IMG/VR virus record: IMGVR_UViG_3300003860_000003
Span: 1 to 64,000 of that record
Direction: 5' to 3' (one strand)
Origin: an uncultured virus (IMG/VR IMGVR_UViG_3300003860_000003)
Taxonomy: Duplodnaviria; Heunggongvirae; Uroviricota; Caudoviricetes
Length of the DNA: 64,000 nucleotides
The notes below the pieces were generated by a model. The model was not told where the DNA came from, ran no database searches, and saw only the letters and a list, made by a program, of their open reading frames with translations. Numbering within the stretch: position 1 is the stretch's first letter; each line of letters opens with the position of its first letter. This document shows positions 58,841 through 64,000 of this stretch, piece after piece. The position numbers were made by a program, and so were the translations under genes.

Positions 58841-60543
58841 TGGCTGAAATAATACAGAGTATACCATCTGTTCCTACAAGTGCTGTTAATTCAGTAACTA
58901 AATCAAACGCGTCAAAGGATATTCCTGTACAACGAGTAATAATACCGCCTGTTAATAATACATCTACTACAACTACGCAACTTCAAGAACAACAAACAAC
59001 AGTGTTAAATAGAATTATAACAGTATTTCCTAAAACAATTGAATTAGATGAATTATCATTGCCCGGAGAAAAAAATATAAAAACACAAAAAGTAGAGGAT
59101 GTTATATCTATGGAATTTCCTCTTATAAAAATTAATGATTATATTTTCAATAGAGAAGAGATATTAAATTTTTCAATTGATTGTACAGAATTTTTACCCA
59201 AAATTTCATTAGATTGTGCATTTATAAGTCAATTATTTTTAGCAAAAGAAATGCCAAAAGATGGAGATATAATTTCAGTTGCTATACGTAATAAAACAGA
59301 TACATTAAAAATTATTCGCAATGATTATGTTATTACTGGAGTACATGTATTACCAACTTCAACTGAAAGAAAAGAACTAATTAGAATGTCTTTTTATGGA
59401 GAATTATTTATTCCAGGACTTAAAAGTCAAAAAAATGACTATCATTTTGAAGGAACTACACTTGAAGCAGCTAAAGATTTTGCAAAAAGATATAAATTAG
59501 GATTTTCATCTAATGAAGATGATACTAATGATAAACAAATTTGGCTCAAAGCTAATATAGCAGGAGATATTTTTATTAATAATTTAATTGAAAGAGCATG
59601 GAGAGATAATAAATCTTTTTACGCATGTTGGATAGACGTGTATTATAATCTAAATTTTATTAATCTTAATAAACAATTAATGTCAGCAGAATCAGAAGTA
59701 GATGTTGCGGCGTTAATTTCAAATTTTGATAAAAACTGGAATTATGGTGCTAATACAGAAGAAGAAAAAACTAGGCCAATGGTAAAAGTTTTTTCAAATT
59801 ATTTAAGTTTTAGAACTACGCCCTTTTATATTATAACTTGGAGACCAATAAATAAATCATCAAATATAACATTTCAAATTGGAACAAAAATGACATGTGA
59901 GATGTTTGAACATAATAAAGATGTATATGAAAATCCAAAAACGGAAAAAAATAAAAATTATTGGGCAATAACAGTAGAACCTACATATGATGAAGATAAA
60001 TCAAATAAAATGATTTTATTAAGAGGCCGCGCTAAATTTGATGCTTCTACTAATACTAAAGATTTAAAACGTGCTAATTATAGTTATACAGATATTTATG
60101 AAAAATATCCTTGGTTAGGAGTACAATATACTATTAGTAATCCTGATAATGATAATTTACAATGGACAGGAAATCATCATAAGAGTTATCAGCTTGCTAA
60201 AGTTCAAAATTTAATTAATAACAAAGAACTTGATAAATTAAATGTACATGTAGAAGTTAATGGAAATAATTTTAATATAATACGAGGAGATAAATTACCT
60301 ATGGCTATAATTAAAGTAGATTCTATTGAAAATATGAAAATAAATCCTGACGCAGAGTTTAATGATATGTTAGATAGATTTTATAGTGGATGGTACATTG
60401 TTAAAGGTTTTGTTTTATCATGGAGTAGTACTAGCAAAAGTGATGAAATTAGTTTTAGTAATTTTACACAAGAATTTATTTTAACAAGAAGAGAATGGCC
60501 ACCACCTTTACCCGTGCAAGCAGTTAATAAAACAAAAATTTAG
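58840..60543 (+). CDS. putative baseplate hub-type protein
   Basis: position after gp53-like gene; C-terminal YSGWYIV....QE..L.RREW resembles hub proteins. Confidence 0.5.
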   Translation: MAEIIQSIPSVPTSAVNSVTKSNASKDIPVQRVIIPPVNNTSTTTTQLQEQQTTVLNRIITVFPKTIELDELSLPGEKNIKTQKVEDVISMEFPLIKINDYIFNREEILNFSIDCTEFLPKISLDCAFISQLFLAKEMPKDGDIISVAIRNKTDTLKIIRNDYVITGVHVLPTSTERKELIRMSFYGELFIPGLKSQKNDYHFEGTTLEAAKDFAKRYKLGFSSNEDDTNDKQIWLKANIAGDIFINNLIERAWRDNKSFYACWIDVYYNLNFINLNKQLMSAESEVDVAALISNFDKNWNYGANTEEEKTRPMVKVFSNYLSFRTTPFYIITWRPINKSSNITFQIGTKMTCEMFEHNKDVYENPKTEKNKNYWAITVEPTYDEDKSNKMILLRGRAKFDASTNTKDLKRANYSYTDIYEKYPWLGVQYTISNPDNDNLQWTGNHHKSYQLAKVQNLINNKELDKLNVHVEVNGNNFNIIRGDKLPMAIIKVDSIENMKINPDAEFNDMLDRFYSGWYIVKGFVLSWSSTSKSDEISFSNFTQEFILTRREWPPPLPVQAVNKTKI

Positions 60544-60551
60544 AAGAAGAT

Positions 60552-62708
60552 ATGAAAACTATGTATAATCAATTTAGAGGCGCATCTCCAAAGATAGCTG
60601 AAAAATATACTTTATCAAAACGTTTTGATGAACCAACATACTATTCTTTTAAATTAATATTCGGATCTCAATCAGATGTAAATTATAATAGTGCATCTAA
60701 CAGTGCATTATATGATGTAATGCCACATCCTTTATTTTTTATTGCAGATACACTTAAAACTATTGGTGGATTTACTGGAAATTCTGTTTATAGCTCTTTT
60801 ACTCCTGAAAATTCTTATTCTGCTGTTTCGTATTTAGAAAATGCTAATGAACCAACACGTGCTGAAATGTTAAGAGAATTTATATTAAAATTTGAAAATT
60901 TACAATATGATTTTCCTTATTATTTTCAATCAATTGATGGTGTTAACGAATTGTTAAAAGTTGATCCTACTAAAGGCCAAAGAATTCTTAATGATAAAAG
61001 AATAAATATCACATGTCTTGAAGGATTAGATGGAAGAATGAGTTATTTAATGAATCTTTATAAAAAAATTGCTTGGGATGATGTTTATCAAAGATGGGTT
61101 CTTCCTGATATGATGAGATATTTTACATTAAAAATTTATCTTAGTGAATTTAGAACTTTTCATTTAGCTAAATTATCAGAAAGTGCAACAGCTTCTGGAT
61201 ACGGAGATAATTTAAAAAGTGCTGCATCAGATTCACCTTTATTTTTAACTATACTTGATGATATATTACCTACATGGGAAATTACGTGTGAAATGTGCGA
61301 GTTTGATATTACAGATGTAACATATGAACATTTAAATGGTTTAACAATTGCAGGCGATCCAACACCCGGTGCTATAAAATTTGGAGTTAAAATTGGTAAC
61401 ATTAAAGAATTACAAACATATCCTGTATTTAAACATATGTTTTTAAGTGATAGAAAATTAAATGGTGTTAATAGATCAAAGGATGAAATTTCAACACTAA
61501 GTGAAAATCCTATAAATGCGTATCAATATCCCGTAGCTCTACAATTAGCACAAGATAGAGATCCTGGAAGTCCTTTAACTCAACATAAATCTGGGAGACC
61601 ATATAATGAAAGAATAAATCAAAATACTACAGGCGATACAAGATATACTCAAAGTAATGCATATAATGATAGAATTCCAGAAAATCAAGATGCTGTAAGA
61701 CCAGAAACATGGGTGGGTAACGCAATTGATATAGGAAAAGCATTAGGAACAAATTTTGTAAAGAAAATTATTGATAAAGCAAAAATAACAACGATTCCAA
61801 ATTTAGGAGTTTCTTTAACAGAAATTACAACAGCTCTTCAATCAAAAAACATAGTTTCTGCATTAGGTTTAATTAGAAAAGGAATAAATGAAGTAGCGAA
61901 TGAATATAATAATGCGCCGTCTTCTCGTCTTGAACAGCCCATTCAAACAGATATGATAATGAGACAATTTATAACTGAACTTTCTAAAATTTCTAAATCA
62001 GATGCAACAGATGAAAATACAATAGCATTAATAGAAGCTGCAAATATTGTATTAAATGAAAAAGGAGTTTGGGAAAAAATAAAAGATTATTCTATGGCTA
62101 CAAATTTAACTGGACAAGGTGAAATCAATATACTTAAAAGTGTTGAAGGCGCTGCTCAATATAGAGCTGCAGTAATCGAGCAATCTTTATTATCATCTAC
62201 TAATAGACCATTAGATAATAATGCGGGTATACCTCATGTAGCTCCTAATGCAGTATCAGGAAATTTAAATGAAGAACCAACAATGTTAAGAGGAACTGCA
62301 TCAAGTAATCTAAATGATCAATCATTAGTATCTGATATTAATCGTGGAACATCATCAGAACGTTTAGATTCAAATACAGAAGGTTCTGCTTTAAATGAAG
62401 GAAAAGCGTCTGAACGTTTATCTTCAACTACAGAAGGATCAGGTGTTACTAGAGGAAAAGCATCTGATCATTTATCAGAAAATGTAGATGGCGGAATGAA
62501 ATTACAAAAATCATCAACAGGTTTGTCTAATGAAATTGCAGATGGCGCAGCAATTAAAATGGAAACACCAAATGTTAGAACAAAAACAATACCTACAACT
62601 AGAATAATAGAAGCAACACCATCAACTATATTAAATAATAAAATAGAAGGCGATCTTTTAAAACAACCTAAAGTAAGTCAAGCAACTAATAGTAAATTAG
62701 AACAATGA
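60552..62708 (+). CDS. putative tail/baseplate-associated protein with repetitive C-terminus
   Basis: YYFQSIDG, ITCLEGLD tube-like N-domain; RG.AS..L..N.EG repeats. Confidence 0.45.
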   Translation: MKTMYNQFRGASPKIAEKYTLSKRFDEPTYYSFKLIFGSQSDVNYNSASNSALYDVMPHPLFFIADTLKTIGGFTGNSVYSSFTPENSYSAVSYLENANEPTRAEMLREFILKFENLQYDFPYYFQSIDGVNELLKVDPTKGQRILNDKRINITCLEGLDGRMSYLMNLYKKIAWDDVYQRWVLPDMMRYFTLKIYLSEFRTFHLAKLSESATASGYGDNLKSAASDSPLFLTILDDILPTWEITCEMCEFDITDVTYEHLNGLTIAGDPTPGAIKFGVKIGNIKELQTYPVFKHMFLSDRKLNGVNRSKDEISTLSENPINAYQYPVALQLAQDRDPGSPLTQHKSGRPYNERINQNTTGDTRYTQSNAYNDRIPENQDAVRPETWVGNAIDIGKALGTNFVKKIIDKAKITTIPNLGVSLTEITTALQSKNIVSALGLIRKGINEVANEYNNAPSSRLEQPIQTDMIMRQFITELSKISKSDATDENTIALIEAANIVLNEKGVWEKIKDYSMATNLTGQGEINILKSVEGAAQYRAAVIEQSLLSSTNRPLDNNAGIPHVAPNAVSGNLNEEPTMLRGTASSNLNDQSLVSDINRGTSSERLDSNTEGSALNEGKASERLSSTTEGSGVTRGKASDHLSENVDGGMKLQKSSTGLSNEIADGAAIKMETPNVRTKTIPTTRIIEATPSTILNNKIEGDLLKQPKVSQATNSKLEQ

Positions 62709-63751
62709 AATTCTACGCATATAGAAAATGGTTAAATGAAAAGTTTTCTGATCAATCTGATCCAATAAAAGATTTGGGTATAGGCCGTCCTTATTTACAA
62801 AATTTATGGAAAGAGGAAATAAAAAGAATGGGGCCTATAAGTACAACAACGTTCTATAATAAAAATTTTCGAGATAAAAAGAAAACAGATGCTGAAAAAA
62901 CTATATGTGTTATGCTTCTTTATTTTACTTTAAAAGAACTGACAATTAACGCAAATGATAATATAGCATTTAAAAATGCATTCGAACATACTGAAAACGC
63001 ATATAGTCATGAATGGGAAAATATTAAAGTAATAGATATGGTTGAACAAGTTATTAAATTATTAAATAGTAAATATCATACAAACATTTCGCCAAATACG
63101 TCAGTAAATGAAAAATTTAAAGAAGAATCAGATCCAGTTCATGATATGGGTATTGGAATTGAAAGAATAATGGATGATTATTTTAGAGATAAATTATATC
63201 CTTTATATTTTAATGATATTCGCTCAAGATTAAGACAAAGTATTGTAGATAATAAAATAGAATTCGTTAAATATCTTATACCAAAAGTTCCTAATTTAAA
63301 TTATAATTATGGTGATTATTTAGAAACAGCAGTAAATTATAATAACTTTGAAATAGTTAAAATGTTAGTTGAAGCAGGAGCAAATGTAAATGCAAATCCT
63401 TGTATACTTAGAAATACAACGGTATATGACAATATACCTATGTTAGAATATTTAATTAACAATGGCGCAAATACTGGCATTGGATATAATAGAGATTTAT
63501 TTTTAGTAGCAGTTAATGCTGGACATAAAAATGTTATACAATATCTGTTAGATAATATAGATATAGATAAAGAAATTTTAGATGCTGCATTAACTAGTGC
63601 TTGTGACAGAGGAGATTTGAAAATGATAGAATTTTTAGTAGAAAAAGGCGCAAAAGTAAATAGTCTTTTAAAAATGTTATTGAAAAAATGGTCTCAACAA
63701 CGTAGAAGAATAAGAGTTTATGACTTATTAAAAAAATATGAATTATTTTAA
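62705..63751 (+). CDS. two-module cassette protein with ankyrin repeats
   Basis: cassettes at 62738-62785 and 63110-63157; EIVKMLVEAGANVN, LEYLINNGAN, IEFLVEKGAKVN. Confidence 0.85.
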   Translation: MKFYAYRKWLNEKFSDQSDPIKDLGIGRPYLQNLWKEEIKRMGPISTTTFYNKNFRDKKKTDAEKTICVMLLYFTLKELTINANDNIAFKNAFEHTENAYSHEWENIKVIDMVEQVIKLLNSKYHTNISPNTSVNEKFKEESDPVHDMGIGIERIMDDYFRDKLYPLYFNDIRSRLRQSIVDNKIEFVKYLIPKVPNLNYNYGDYLETAVNYNNFEIVKMLVEAGANVNANPCILRNTTVYDNIPMLEYLINNGANTGIGYNRDLFLVAVNAGHKNVIQYLLDNIDIDKEILDAALTSACDRGDLKMIEFLVEKGAKVNSLLKMLLKKWSQQRRRIRVYDLLKKYELF

Positions 63752-63753
63752 CG

Positions 63754-64000
63754 ATGACAAAATTTTCAGCATATAGAAAATGGATAAATGAAAAATTTTC
63801 AGAAGAATCCGATCCTATACAAGATATGGGAATTGGAATGGAACACGCTATTAATACTTGGTTTGAAAAAAGCGGCCGTAGTTATCCAAATGCAAGTTCT
63901 TCTGCTCATTCTAAATTATTAGCATGCATATCATCTAATAAACCTGAATTTGTTTCTTATTTATATAGACAAGCAAAAAAATCTATTACACGTAGTAATT
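63754..64000 (+). CDS. partial EKF..DPI.DMGIG-cassette protein (runs off window)
   Basis: MTKFSAYRKWINEKFSEESDPIQDMGIG..., open to the end. Confidence 0.75.
   Translation, partial: MTKFSAYRKWINEKFSEESDPIQDMGIGMEHAINTWFEKSGRSYPNASSSAHSKLLACISSNKPEFVSYLYRQAKKSITRSN

Overview
AT-rich 64 kb segment of a large T4-superfamily (jumbo) myophage, read in the standard genetic code. The host is probably Bacteroidota, inferred from A-rich starts lacking Shine-Dalgarno sequences and from DUF4494/DUF4254-like genes. Layout: (1) 202-4932 (+), head module: gp21-type prohead protease with a long scaffold-like extension, gp23-type major capsid protein, collagen-like protein. (2) 4935-32808 (-), a ~28 kb co-oriented glycan cluster: about 15 putative glycosyltransferases, SAM methyltransferases, Gmd, an NDP-hexose 2,3-dehydratase/ketoreductase/aminotransferase/C-methyltransferase set, a T4-type DNA alpha-glucosyltransferase and a truncated capsid paralog. 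(3) 32924-44058, putative late/internal head proteins, a SET-domain protein and a KamA aminomutase. (4) 44183-55797, DNA modification and nucleotide genes (C5-MTase, dNMP kinase, dCMP hydroxymethylase) plus small ORFs. (5) 55881-64000, baseplate/tail-type genes and ankyrin-type proteins. Main observations: three free-standing endonuclease genes sit inside conserved motifs of gmd, kamA and the dNMP kinase and supply a recoded replacement terminus, leaving the original terminus orphaned beside them; a 16-aa EKF-x4-DPI-x-DMGIG cassette recurs seven times on varied payloads just after putative prohead-protease sites; and three probable DNA-modifying enzymes share a C-terminal K-x-K-[SP]-L-F tag. 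All functional calls come from motif recognition by eye; no database searches were run.
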